Shown: piece after piece, positions 1 to 7,361 of the stretch
Layout of the letters: the number at the start of each line of letters is the position of its first letter
How positions within the stretch are numbered: the first letter of the stretch is position 1
Translations under genes and position numbers: made by a program
Notes under the pieces: generated by a model
Seen by the model: the letters and a program-made list of their open reading frames with translations, nothing else
The model's database searches: none
Told to the model about the DNA's origin: nothing
Origin: a virus
Taxonomy: Duplodnaviria; Heunggongvirae; Uroviricota; Caudoviricetes
Length of the DNA stretch: 24,361 nucleotides
IMG/VR virus record: IMGVR_UViG_2700989535_000002
Strand: one strand, 5' to 3'

Positions 1-318
1 ATGAAAAAGATAGCTGCTATATCATTAATTAGTATTTTTATTATGTCTGGTTGTGCTGTGCATAATGATGAGACAAGTATCGGTAAATTTGGTCTTGCAT
101 ATAAAAGTAATATTCAGCGTAAACTCGATAACCAATACTACACCGAAGCCGAAGCTTCTTTAGCCAGGGGCAGAATATCTGGTGCAGAAAATATAGTAAA
201 AAATGATGCAGCCCATTTCTGTGTTACTCAGGGCAAAAAAATGCAGATAGTTGACCTGAAGACAGAAGGTGCAGGATTACATGGCGTCGCTCGTCTGACA
301 TTCAAATGTGGAGAGTGA
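1..318 (+). CDS. Small putative lipoprotein, chromosomal flank outside the prophage
   Basis: 105-aa ORF from ATG at 1; N-terminal signal peptide with lipobox-like Cys (MKKIAAISLISIFIMSGC). Lies left of the attL core, so it is host flank. From size and position beside a locI-type P2 site it could be E. coli yegR, but this is from memory of synteny, not sequence recognition. Confidence 0.6.
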   Translation: MKKIAAISLISIFIMSGCAVHNDETSIGKFGLAYKSNIQRKLDNQYYTEAEASLARGRISGAENIVKNDAAHFCVTQGKKMQIVDLKTEGAGLHGVARLTFKCGE

Positions 319-476
319 GAATATTTTTTGGTAAGCGTCAAACATGCGCGTTCTGGTTGTGCTTAGCCGGAACCTGTGCGAGCACGATGCCGTTACGTGA
401 AAGGCATCGTGCTATGAAGGGAGATTCTATCGATGTGGTCAATGGAAGACGGTGACCAGGGATAGGGCTTATGCAT

Positions 477-503
477 AAAAAATAAGCCCGTGTAAGGGAG
501 ATT
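477..503. other. attL core (P2-type 27-bp att core)
   Basis: AAAAAATAAGCCCGTGTAAGGGAGATT sits about 80 bp beyond the 3' end of the integrase gene; matches the P2 att core as I recall it. Recalled, not verified. Confidence 0.5.
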
Positions 504-582
504 TAGGGTGTCACCAGTAGGGGCTTTCAACGGTACAATGCGGGTTTGAGCGGCATAAATTACCACTGAAAGCCCTTAAACG

Positions 583-1596
583 TTACTCTACTGTGGACAC
601 TGTGTGGACACTCTCGGCCTCAGTACCACCTCTTAGCGGATTAAGAGAAATGGCGTCCTGAAGGTACTCTGGCGCAAAATGAGCGTAAGCCATAGTTTGC
701 TCAATCCGCGTGTGACCTAGTATCCGTTGTAACGTGATAATACTTCCTCCATTAATCATGAAATGAGTGGCAAAGCTGTGCCTTAGTGCATGTGTGGCTT
801 GCCCCATTGGCAAATCCGGTTTTATTGCTTTCATTGTTCGTCTGAAGCGAGGGTAATCAGCATCAGGGAATAAAAAACCTCGTTTGTTATCCGCGATCAT
901 TTTGGCAACAGCCTCTGAGATCGGGACGGTGCGTGGTTTGTTTGTTTTCGTTTTAACAAACGTGACGCGGTTATGGATGATATTTTCTGCTTTCAAACGA
1001 GCTGCTTCTCCCCAACGTGCTCCAGTACTCAGGCAAAGAATCGCAATCTTTTTGTTGTCGCCGTCAAGAGCAGCAAGCAGTAAGGCAATTTCTTCCTGCG
1101 TGAGATAGCCTGTGTCTGGTTTTTCCTCCTTAAGCCTTTTTGTCCCTCTGATAGGGTGCTCACCAAAGAATAACTCCGCTTCAATCAGGGCTGTAAACAT
1201 GCCGCTAATACATGTTAAATCACGATTGATACTCGAAGGTTTAATACCCTGACTTCTTCGGGTGGCGCAGTACTGGCTGATAAGCGATTTCGTAATTTGA
1301 AATGCGCATGGGTCATTCGTTATTTTTGTGAAGATTTCAATTTTTCCAAGATTAGATTTCCCATGCTCTTCGTGTTTACCCTTTAAATCCCACCAGATCT
1401 GTGTCAGCTCCGACAGACGTCGCTTGTCTGTTGGTTTTGATAGCCATTCTTTATTGTGGTGGTTGTACAACGTGTATTTCTCGAAAGCGACAGCTTCGCT
1501 TTTCTTATCAAACTTCCTACGGATGCGTTTTCCATTACGTCCAGTAGGGCGGATGTCCACTTCATATCGACCATCATCGAGTTTTTTGATTGCCAT
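583..1596 (-). CDS. int: Tyrosine integrase (P2 Int-like)
   Basis: 337-aa ORF on the minus strand next to the att core. C-terminal region has the tyrosine-recombinase pattern (ATHALRHSFATHFM ... ILGHTRIEQTMAYAHF). Same length and position as P2 Int. Confidence 0.9.
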   Translation of the reverse strand: MAIKKLDDGRYEVDIRPTGRNGKRIRRKFDKKSEAVAFEKYTLYNHHNKEWLSKPTDKRRLSELTQIWWDLKGKHEEHGKSNLGKIEIFTKITNDPCAFQITKSLISQYCATRRSQGIKPSSINRDLTCISGMFTALIEAELFFGEHPIRGTKRLKEEKPDTGYLTQEEIALLLAALDGDNKKIAILCLSTGARWGEAARLKAENIIHNRVTFVKTKTNKPRTVPISEAVAKMIADNKRGFLFPDADYPRFRRTMKAIKPDLPMGQATHALRHSFATHFMINGGSIITLQRILGHTRIEQTMAYAHFAPEYLQDAISLNPLRGGTEAESVHTVSTVE

Positions 1597-1711
1597 CAGA
1601 AAACCCTCCGAGTGGTGTGTTTTTTTGCGACTACTAATCGCTTTTTTCGTGGTGGCTGAAATTTAGCCACCAATAGTAGGCACTTGTGATGAATATATTC
1701 ACGATGAATTG

Positions 1712-2011
1712 TTAACCAGTCTTTTGACCGGAGTGGGGCGACGTTGTTTCGTTTTGCCCAAAGTGTGCGAGAGCGGGCGCAATTTGCCCGGACTCAGGAG
1801 CGATCTGATTGGTCATGAACCATAAAGTGTATTTGGTGAATTGTGGGGTCTGCAGGATGTTCATCATGACATCTGTTGGAGGTGTTGAACGACCACTTTC
1901 ATAGTAACTCAGCGTGCCATACGGAACCCCTGTTAAATCAGCAAGTTGTTGTCTGCTCAAATACTCTGATTTTCGCATTAAGACTATCTTCTCGCTTATC
2001 GTGTTTGACAT
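1712..2011 (-). CDS. C: Immunity repressor C
   Basis: 99-aa ORF divergent from cox; HTH-like segment LSRQQLADLTGVPYGTLSYYESG; same size and position as P2 C. Confidence 0.85.
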   Translation of the reverse strand: MSNTISEKIVLMRKSEYLSRQQLADLTGVPYGTLSYYESGRSTPPTDVMMNILQTPQFTKYTLWFMTNQIAPESGQIAPALAHFGQNETTSPHSGQKTG

Positions 2012-2044
2012 GGTGTTTAGATCTCAATAGTATTTAGTTTAGAT
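2005..2044 (+). promoter_or_regulatory. Early promoter Pe with two direct-repeat operator half-sites
   Basis: TTGACA (2005-2010), 17-bp spacer, TAGTAT (2028-2033). Direct repeats GTTTAGAT at 2015-2022 and 2037-2044, 22 bp apart, flank the -10, as described for P2 C operators. Further TTTAG repeats at 2033-2037 and 2053-2057. Confidence 0.5.
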
Positions 2045-2125
2045 GTAGATTGTTTAGTGCTTGGATGTGGGCACTAAAAGGCATTATAAGACATTAAACG
2101 CAATTCATGAGGGCTAGAGGACGAC

Positions 2126-2401
2126 ATGAGCAAGCAAGTAACACTCATGACTGATGCGATTCCTTATCAGGAGTTCGCAAAACTAATAGGAAAATCGACA
2201 GGAGCGGTTCGTCGGATGATCGATAAAGGAAAGCTGCCTGTAATTGATATGACCGATCCACAATCAGCTTCAGGTCGTGCAGGTGAATATTGGGTATACC
2301 TTCCGGCATGGAATAACGGACTAAAACTGGCTTATGAAAGCCGCCCTAAAGAGATTCGTGACGGCTGGTTGATGTGGTTAGGTCTCGGTGAACCACGTTA
2401 A
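2126..2401 (+). CDS. cox: Cox (excision/directionality factor and Pc repressor)
   Basis: 91-aa ORF, first gene of the rightward early operon; same length and position as P2 Cox. Confidence 0.85.
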   Translation: MSKQVTLMTDAIPYQEFAKLIGKSTGAVRRMIDKGKLPVIDMTDPQSASGRAGEYWVYLPAWNNGLKLAYESRPKEIRDGWLMWLGLGEPR

Positions 2402-2411
2402 GGAGAACCGT

Positions 2412-2582
2412 ATGAATGAGCCTCGTTGTATTGCTCAGTTACTGCGTAACGAAAGCCCCAGGGCGATTGACTTCACCATCACCCACGGTAAGGGGCGTAA
2501 GGGAATCATTATCCGCACCAAAAAACAGAGTCCGTTAAAAAAGGCTCTGACCTTTCTGAAAAGCCGGAGGGTATGGAAATGA
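2412..2582 (+). CDS. Small early protein (P2 orf78 position)
   Basis: 56-aa ORF from ATG at 2412 with SD AGGAG 6 nt upstream. The six-frame track start at 2388 lacks an SD. Confidence 0.55.
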   Translation: MNEPRCIAQLLRNESPRAIDFTITHGKGRKGIIIRTKKQSPLKKALTFLKSRRVWK

Positions 2583-3079
2583 CAGTGATGACGCTCAATC
2601 TCGTTGAAAAACAGCCAGCAGCTATGCGCCGGATAATTGGTAAGCATCTTGCCGTTCCTCGCTGGCAGGATACATGTGATTATTATAATCAGATGATGGA
2701 GCGCGAACGGTTAACGGTTTGCTTCCATGCTCAGTTAAAACAGCGTCACGCAACGATGTGTTTTGAAGAAATGAACGACGTCGAACGTGAACGACTGGTA
2801 TGTGCAATTGATGAATTGCGTGGTGCATTCTCAAAACGCCGTCAGGTTGGCGCAAGTGAGTATGCATATATTAGTTTTTTAACAGTCAGTCAGCGTCGTA
2901 CTTTATTTATGCATGCCGGATTGACTGAAAAAGAATTCAACCAGCCATACTGGCGAATTAATGAAGAGTCATGTTACTGGCGTGATGCTTTATTCCGTGC
3001 ATTACGTGAATTATTCAGTCTGTTTGAGTATGCACCGACAATTCTGACGTCGGTAAAACCGGAGCAATATCTGCATTAA
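2579..3079 (+). CDS. B: Replication protein B
   Basis: 166 aa from ATG at 2579 (GGAGG 8 nt upstream; the track start at 2573 is too close to the SD). Same length and position as P2 B. Confidence 0.8.
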   Translation: MTVMTLNLVEKQPAAMRRIIGKHLAVPRWQDTCDYYNQMMERERLTVCFHAQLKQRHATMCFEEMNDVERERLVCAIDELRGAFSKRRQVGASEYAYISFLTVSQRRTLFMHAGLTEKEFNQPYWRINEESCYWRDALFRALRELFSLFEYAPTILTSVKPEQYLH

Positions 3080-3142
3080 GTAATTAACCAGAGTTTTTAA
3101 CGCACTTAATTGTGCGGGGCTTCTTTTTGCCTGGAGAAAGTT

Positions 3143-3367
3143 ATGCATACAGTTTCTGAAAATCAGTGCGGTATATACGCATTACTGCTGCAACAGGCCA
3201 GAACCGAAGCACAGGCCGACGCTGCGACGCGCTTTTCTTCTCATCTTGATGCCATGATTCGCCACATCACAAAGGCGGAGTTATCCCGCGTGGAGATAGT
3301 CGAGCTGCTCAGTCAGGAGTCGGAAAAATTTCACAATATCGGATTGTCTCGCGGGGAGGTGCTTTGA
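3143..3367 (+). CDS. Small early protein (P2 orf80 position)
   Basis: 74 aa from ATG at 3143 with SD GGAG 6 nt upstream; stop overlaps the next start. Confidence 0.6.
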
Positions 3368-3669
3368 TGTTCTGTTCTCGTTCAGTTGTATTACTGAATA
3401 ACGCCTTAAAAATCGCCGTTATGAAAAATGGCGATTTGTCTCTTATTCAACTTGGTCTTGATAAAGAAAAACGCGAAATAACTGAGTCTGTTATCGCGAT
3501 CTATCAGAACGAATTAAACCTCCTGTCTGATGTGGTCAATTTACTTGTTAAACGCGCTGTGTTTCACAAGCAAATCTCCTCCGTGGATGAACTGACGAAA
3601 TTAACGACAGAAATCGCCAGCTATTGCGCTGATGAATTTAAAAACCTTAACGACAAAAGGAACTGGTAA
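3364..3669 (+). CDS. Small early protein (P2 orf81 position)
   Basis: 101-aa ORF, overlapping start/stop with neighbours (operon-style coupling). Confidence 0.6.
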
Positions 3670-3893
3670 TGCCGGACAACGTAGATTTTATTCAGGAACA
3701 ACAGGCTGAATTACTGGAGCGCCAGATTAACGCGGCAAGGGTAAAACATTGCGGTGCTTCTGCGCTGGTTTGCGAAGAGTGTGACGCGCCAATACCTGCT
3801 GCCCGTCGTGCGGCTTACCCGTCAGCCACGCGTTGTGTTTCCTGTCAGTCAGTCTTTGAAGCAAAAAACAAACATTACCGGAGAACGGCATGA
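3669..3893 (+). CDS. TraR/DksA-type C4 zinc-finger protein (P2 orf82 position)
   Basis: 74 aa with paired CxxC motifs (CEECDAPIP ... CVSCQ) typical of TraR/DksA-family zinc fingers. Confidence 0.65.
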   Translation: MPDNVDFIQEQQAELLERQINAARVKHCGASALVCEECDAPIPAARRAAYPSATRCVSCQSVFEAKNKHYRRTA

Positions 3894-4165
3894 GTATTCG
3901 TATTGAAATTGGCGAACGTTATGTCGTTACCAGTGACAGCTTTCAGTTTATTCTCCACGAGAAAAAGAGAGCGGAAAGCGGTAAAAACGCCGGTCAGGAA
4001 TGGCTGGCGGTGGTTGGTTATTACCCGAAATTAAGCCAGCTCGTTTCAGGCCTGATGCATCACGATATTCTGACCGGAAGCGCAAAGTCTTTTGCTGATT
4101 TAAACGTGCAGGTTGAGCAACTCAGCAAGCGTTGTTCAGAGGCTTTTGGCTCATATGGCCGTTAA
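3890..4165 (+). CDS. Small early protein (P2 orf83 position)
   Basis: 91-aa ORF coupled to neighbours; ends 11 nt inside A. Confidence 0.55.
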   Translation: MSIRIEIGERYVVTSDSFQFILHEKKRAESGKNAGQEWLAVVGYYPKLSQLVSGLMHHDILTGSAKSFADLNVQVEQLSKRCSEAFGSYGR

Positions 4166-6443
4166 AGCCTCCGGGCGTTTTGTCCCTCCGTCAGCATTTG
4201 CCGCAGGCACCGGTAAGGCGTTTACCGGTGCTTATGCATGGAACGCGCCACGCGAGGCTGTCGGGCGCGAAAGACCCCTTACACGTGATGAGATGCGTCA
4301 GGTGCAAGGTGTTTTATCCACGATTAACCGCCTGCCTTACTTTTTGCGCTCGCTGTTTACTTCACGCTATGACTACATCCGGCGCAATAAAAGCCCGGTG
4401 CACGGGTTTTATTTTCTCACATCCACTTTTCAGCGTCGTTTATGGCCGCGCATTGAGCGTGTGAATCAGCGCCATGAAATGAACACCGACGCGTCGTTGC
4501 TGTTTCTGGCAGAGCGTGACCATTATGCGCGTCTGCCGGGGATGAATGACAAGGAGCTGAAAAAGTTTGCCGCCCGTATCTCATCGCAGCTTTTCATGAT
4601 GTATGAGGAACTCTGCGATGCCTGGGTGGATGCGCATGGCGAAAAAGAATCGCTGTTTACGGATGAGGCGCAGGCTCACCTCTATGGTCATGTTGCTGGT
4701 GCTGCACGTGCTTTCAATATTTCCCCTCTCTACTGGAAAAAATACCGTAAAGGGCAGATGACCACGAGGCAGGCATATTCTGCCATTGCCCGTCTGTTTA
4801 ACGATGAGTGGTGGACCCATCAGCTTAAAGGCCAGCGTATGCGCTGGCATGAGGCGTTACTGATTGCTGTCGGGGAGGTCAATAAAGACCGTTCTCCTTA
4901 TGCCAGTAAACATGCCATTCGTGATGTGCGTGCACGCCGCCAGGCAAATCTGGAATTTCTTAAATCGTGTGATCTCGAAAACAGGGAAACCGGCGAGCGC
5001 ATCGACCTTATCAGTAAGGTGATGGGCAGTATTTCTAATCCTGAAATTCGCCGGATGGAGCTGATGAACACCATTGCCGGTATTGAGCGTTACGCCGCAG
5101 CAGAGGGTGATGTGGGGATGTTTATCACGCTGACCGCGCCGTCAAAGTATCACCCGACACGTCAGGTCAGAAAAGGCGAAAGTAAAACCGTCCAGCTAAA
5201 TCACGGCTGGAACGATGAGGCATTTAATCCAAAGGATGCGCAGCGTTATCTCTGCCGTATCTGGAGCCTGATGCGCACGGCATTCAAGGATAATGATTTA
5301 CAGGTCTACGGTTTGCGTGTCGTCGAGCCACACCACGACGGAACGCCGCACTGGCATATGATGCTTTTTTGTAATCCGCGCCAGCGTAACCAGATTATCG
5401 AAATCATGCGTCGCTATGCGCTCAAAGAGGATGGCGACGAAAGAGGAGCCGCGCGAAACCGTTTTCAGGCAAAACATCTTAACCGGGGCGGTGCTGCGGG
5501 ATATATCGCGAAATACATTTCAAAAAACATCGACGGCTATGCACTGGATGGTCAGCTCGATAACGACACCGGCAGGCCGCTGAAAGACACTGCAGCGGCT
5601 GTTAGCGCATGGGCGTCAACGTGGCGCATCCCGCAATTTAAAACGGTTGGCCTGCCGACAATGGGGGCTTACCGTGAACTACGCAAATTGCCGCGCGGCG
5701 TCAGCATTGCTGATGAGTTTGACGAGCGCGTCGAGGCTGCACGCGCCGCCGCAGACAGTGGTGATTTTGCGTTGTATATCAGCGCGCAGGGTGGGGCAAA
5801 TGTCCCGCGCGATTGTCAGACTGTCAGAGTCGCCCGTAGCCCGTCGGATGACGTTAACGAGTACGAGGAAGAAGTCGAGAGAGTGGTCGGCATTTACGCG
5901 CCGCATCTCGGCGCGCGTCATATTCATATCACCAGAACGACGGACTGGCGCATTGTGCCGAAAGTTCCGGTCGTTGAGCCTTTGACTTTAAAAAGCGGCA
6001 TCGCCGCGCCTCGGAGTCCTGTCAATAACTGTGGAAAGCTCACCGGCGGTAATACTTCGTTACCGGTTCCCACGCCTTCTGAGCACGCCGCAGCAGTGCT
6101 TAATCTGGTTGATGACGGTGTTATCGAATGGAATGACCCGGAGGTCGTGAGGACGCTCAGGGGTGCATTAAAACACGGACTGAGAAGACCAAACCGTCAG
6201 CAAAGAAACGGAAGCCCGTTAAAACCACATGAAATTGCGCCATCGGCCAGACTGACCCGGTCGGAACGAATGCAAATCACCCGTATCCGCGTTGACCTTG
6301 CTCAGAACGGTATCAGGCCGCAGCGATGGGAGCTTGAGGCGCTGGCGCGTGGGGCAACCGTAAATTATGGCGGAAAAAAATTCACGTATCTGGTTGCTAA
6401 TGAGTGGTTCGGGTTTCAAGATGACGTGTCATTTTTCATATAA
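4155..6443 (+). CDS. A: Replication initiation endonuclease A (rolling-circle initiator)
   Basis: 762 aa from ATG at 4155 (track ORF begins at 4113). Large last gene of the early operon, same position and nearly same size as P2 A. Contains HxH-like GTPHWHMM and tyrosine-rich GYIAKYISKN segments typical of rolling-circle initiators. Confidence 0.85.
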   Translation: MAVKASGRFVPPSAFAAGTGKAFTGAYAWNAPREAVGRERPLTRDEMRQVQGVLSTINRLPYFLRSLFTSRYDYIRRNKSPVHGFYFLTSTFQRRLWPRIERVNQRHEMNTDASLLFLAERDHYARLPGMNDKELKKFAARISSQLFMMYEELCDAWVDAHGEKESLFTDEAQAHLYGHVAGAARAFNISPLYWKKYRKGQMTTRQAYSAIARLFNDEWWTHQLKGQRMRWHEALLIAVGEVNKDRSPYASKHAIRDVRARRQANLEFLKSCDLENRETGERIDLISKVMGSISNPEIRRMELMNTIAGIERYAAAEGDVGMFITLTAPSKYHPTRQVRKGESKTVQLNHGWNDEAFNPKDAQRYLCRIWSLMRTAFKDNDLQVYGLRVVEPHHDGTPHWHMMLFCNPRQRNQIIEIMRRYALKEDGDERGAARNRFQAKHLNRGGAAGYIAKYISKNIDGYALDGQLDNDTGRPLKDTAAAVSAWASTWRIPQFKTVGLPTMGAYRELRKLPRGVSIADEFDERVEAARAAADSGDFALYISAQGGANVPRDCQTVRVARSPSDDVNEYEEEVERVVGIYAPHLGARHIHITRTTDWRIVPKVPVVEPLTLKSGIAAPRSPVNNCGKLTGGNTSLPVPTPSEHAAAVLNLVDDGVIEWNDPEVVRTLRGALKHGLRRPNRQQRNGSPLKPHEIAPSARLTRSERMQITRIRVDLAQNGIRPQRWELEALARGATVNYGGKKFTYLVANEWFGFQDDVSFFI

Positions 6444-6619
6444 AACATTTCAAAATTCAATGTAATGAAAGCATATCGTATATCGCTTTAATATGTGTTA
6501 TTCTTCTTGGTTGTTAATGTTTGATTTTATATGAAAAAATATTATATATAGAAAGATCAAATACAACGGTTTACTTGTTATGATGCAATTATTGGTTAGT
6601 TAGTGAGATACATCGCCAT

Positions 6620-6860
6620 CAATTGGGTATTTTTTACCCGTGGAAAGTTAACACTTTCTACCGTTTACCCCGCGCAACGCCCCTGCCAGCGACAAGAGTC
6701 ACAGGACCAGGTGGTATGGCGTATGGGAATTCGAACCCTTTGGGCGACAAAGGGTTCGTGGAGCAGGGAGCTAGTGCTGTTCAATCTCATCCTTATGAGG
6801 GCGAACCATAGTGTTGGAGCAGACATACCGTTTGCACACTATGGGCATAAGGAGCAAATC
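6620..6860 (+). ncRNA. Candidate structured RNA / long 5' leader upstream of the RT operon (possible retron msr-msd)
   Basis: GC-richer than the flanking AT-rich spacer. Perfect hairpins: GAAAGT/ACTTTC (6643-6658), CGAACCCTTTG/CAAAGGGTTCG (6732-6758), and a composite stem CCTTATG..CCATAGTGT / ACACTATGG..CATAAGG (6791-6852) whose 3' arm overlaps the downstream SD. a1/a2 repeats not identified, so retron ncRNA identity is unproven. Confidence 0.3.
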
Positions 6861-7016
6861 ATGAAGAATGATAAATTAACCAACGAACAGCAGGCGCAGA
6901 ACAAGTCAAACCTGAAAAAGAGGGCTGGTTATGCTTGGGAATTATTCAAATGGGGTATTAGACTGTTTGATTTAGTCACTCGAGCACTGGGCTACTTAGA
7001 AGGGGGTGGTGAGTAA
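6861..7016 (+). CDS. Small 51-aa protein of unknown function
   Basis: ATG at 6861 with strong SD AAGGAG 6 nt upstream; polar N-terminus, amphipathic C-terminus (AGYAWELFKWGIRLFDLVTRALGYL). The longer GTG-initiated track ORF (6603) is not supported. Confidence 0.4.
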   Translation: MKNDKLTNEQQAQNKSNLKKRAGYAWELFKWGIRLFDLVTRALGYLEGGGE

Positions 7017-7052
7017 TGCGTCCTCCCTAGTTTCAATAGCATGGAGTTGCCT

Positions 7053-7361
7053 ATGTTACATAAAGCCCTTCGTTTAATAAGGCAATACCATAAAGAATCA
7101 ATAGTTGAGTTATCTTCATCTTTAGGTATTCCAAAAGACAAAATAGTATCGCTTGAAAGCGGAGTTTGGTCACCGTCGATTGAAGTCTTAGAGCGTTACG
7201 CCTCCCATTTCGACATACCAGTATCCTCTTTAGTATTCTTTTCGGAATCATTAGGCACGCAAGGCCGTTTGTCTAAGCGATTGCGTTTAAATTTAGCCGG
7301 TAAAGTTCTGGATGTTCTGGAGTGGGTAAGTAATAAAAATGAAAAAACGGAAAAAGCTTAA
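7053..7361 (+). CDS. XRE-family helix-turn-helix DNA-binding protein
   Basis: 102 aa from ATG at 7053 (GGAG 6 nt upstream). HTH_3-like segment LSSSLGIPKDKIVSLESGVWSPSIEVLERYASHFDIP. Its 3' end overlaps the RT start by 23 nt. Confidence 0.6.
   Translation: MLHKALRLIRQYHKESIVELSSSLGIPKDKIVSLESGVWSPSIEVLERYASHFDIPVSSLVFFSESLGTQGRLSKRLRLNLAGKVLDVLEWVSNKNEKTEKA

Noticed and set aside
884-1666. Plus-strand ORFs nested antisense within int (884-1108, 1328-1666, 1456-1659)
   Set aside because: Fully embedded antisense to a well-supported integrase gene, with no ribosome-binding sites.
4113-4154. Longer N-terminal extensions for A (4113), O (14633), L (17472), P (14555) and the ATPase (9399)
   Set aside because: Internal ATGs with better SD spacing give products matching P2 protein lengths; the ATPase track start is a TTG with no SD.
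6700-6790. tRNA-like fragment on the minus strand (GGGTTCGAATTCCC ... CCA resembles a T-arm and 3' end)
   Set aside because: I could not fold a full cloverleaf (no acceptable acceptor, D or anticodon arms); the resemblance is limited to a TTCGAAT-like loop within the 6732-6758 hairpin.
6603-7016. 137-aa ORF in the six-frame track spanning the structured region
   Set aside because: It starts at a GTG with no SD and runs through the hairpin-dense region; only the distal 51 codons, with their own strong SD and ATG at 6861, look like a real gene.
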